Source: Clostridia bacterium (GTDB lineage: Bacteria; Bacillota; Clostridia; Oscillospirales; CAG-272). Taken from it: a stretch of 64,000 bases of DNA. Position 1 is the stretch's first letter. Every line of letters starts with the position of its first letter. The notes beneath the pieces were generated by a model. It did no database searches. It was not told where the DNA came from and was given only the letters and a program-made list of their open reading frames with translations. The stretch spans positions 95,619 through 159,618 of the forward strand of contig JAFXAN010000121.1 of assembly GCA_017517035.1 (NCBI GenBank), read 5' to 3'. The position numbers and the translations under genes are program-made. Positions 63,307-64,000 of this stretch are shown here, piece by piece.

Positions 63307-64000
63307 ATGAAAGGCGTAAAAACAGTTTATATATGCTCGGAATGCGAATACACAAGCCCTAAATGGATGGGCAAATGCACGGCATGCGGTGCATGGAACT
63401 CCTTTGTGGAGGATGTCATCGAAAATGAAACAAAAGCATCGGCACCAAAAAGGATCGCAATGAACGGCGGTGGCACAAATCACACGCAAAAGTTCGAGGA
63501 TCTTGATCTTCCCTCTTATATGCGCTCGGAAACAGGACTTGGTGAGCTTGACCGAGTTCTCGGAGGCGGACTTGTTCACGGCTCTGTTGTTCTTCTTTCG
63601 GGCGAGCCGGGAATCGGTAAATCAACACTTCTCATGCAGATCTCAGATGCGCTTGGTAATACCGACAAGGGCGGTAAGCCGAGAAATGTTCTCTATATTT
63701 CGGGTGAGGAATCGGGCGGTCAGCTGAAGCTGAGGGCAAAAAGACTTGGCATCGGCGGAAAGAATCTCCATGTTCTGACAGAAACAAATATTGAAAACAT
63801 TCTTGATGAAATAGCTTCCCTTAAGCCGGATGTCGTTATAGTCGACTCCATTCAAACGGTTTACAGCGACAGAATGTCAAGTGCTCCGGGAAGCACAACA
63901 CAGATAAAGGAAAGCGCTCTTTCATTTATAAATCTTACAAAAAGTGCCGGAATTTCTATGCTTCTCGTTGGGCATGTGAATAAAGAAGGCGGCATTGCAG
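63307..64000 (+). CDS. radA: DNA repair protein RadA/Sms, N-terminal 231 aa (continues beyond window)
   Basis: Absent from the ORF track because it runs off the window. ATG at 63307 follows AAAGAGG. Zinc finger CSECEYTSPKWMGKCTACGAWNS and Walker A GEPGIGKST are present. Confidence 0.9.
   Translation, partial: MKGVKTVYICSECEYTSPKWMGKCTACGAWNSFVEDVIENETKASAPKRIAMNGGGTNHTQKFEDLDLPSYMRSETGLGELDRVLGGGLVHGSVVLLSGEPGIGKSTLLMQISDALGNTDKGGKPRNVLYISGEESGGQLKLRAKRLGIGGKNLHVLTETNIENILDEIASLKPDVVIVDSIQTVYSDRMSSAPGSTTQIKESALSFINLTKSAGISMLLVGHVNKEGGIA

Noticed and set aside
63268-63855. Minus-strand ORFs 63268-63579, 63416-63628 and 63643-63855, and plus-strand 63470-63727
   Set aside because: They overlap radA, whose frame shows a zinc finger and Walker A motif. 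These are alternative or antisense frames.

Overview
A 64-kb chromosomal segment from a low-GC Gram-positive anaerobe. The Clostridia-like assignment is an inference from three things: the gene order nusB-xseA-xseB-ispA-tlyA-nadK-argR-recN, GGAGG Shine-Dalgarno sites, and TTGACA/TATAAT promoters. About 50 genes, mostly on the minus strand; two genes that run off the window edges (an M3 oligoendopeptidase at 1-1130 and radA at 63307-64000) are missing from the ORF track. No rRNA, tRNA, CRISPR array, transposase, integrase or phage gene was recognised.

Contents in order:
1. An esterase / paralogous-lipoprotein / oligoendopeptidase operon.
2. A small membrane-protein trio ending in a TM-anchored PstS-like binding protein.
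3. A sigma-70/ECF factor translationally coupled to a membrane protein with a BspA-type LRR ectodomain.
4. An ABC exporter and a CorC/HlyC transporter with a long 5' leader.
5. A roughly 15-kb run of signal-peptide-less carbohydrate-active enzymes: GH127, PL8-like, GH42-like, GH16, clan GH-A, an enolase-type sugar-acid dehydratase, an SDR and a beta-lactamase-fold hydrolase. It also holds out-of-context CapA-like and PRT genes and several AraC regulators.
6. A five-gene biotin decarboxylase operon that combines both carboxyltransferase types (12S-like and 5S-like) with a Na+-pump beta subunit.
7. GH5/DMT and dehydrogenase modules.
8. A housekeeping block from yebC to nusB.
9. An M23 peptidase.
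10. Two tandem giant secreted paralogs (about 1636 and 1985 aa) that fuse BspA-type LRRs to an intact calcineurin-like metallophosphoesterase domain.

Features not explained by gene calls:
- A four-copy family of MITE-like intergenic elements with conserved asymmetric 16-nt ends and mosaic GC-rich hairpin cargo.
- A 42-codon ORF with a strong SD that consists only of a (S/P)PxTG sortase sorting signal.
- An intrinsic terminator whose 3' arm carries the SD of the GH127 gene.
- A leader RNA upstream of the CorC-like gene that I could not classify.

All functional calls come from motif and family recognition by eye. No searches were run.
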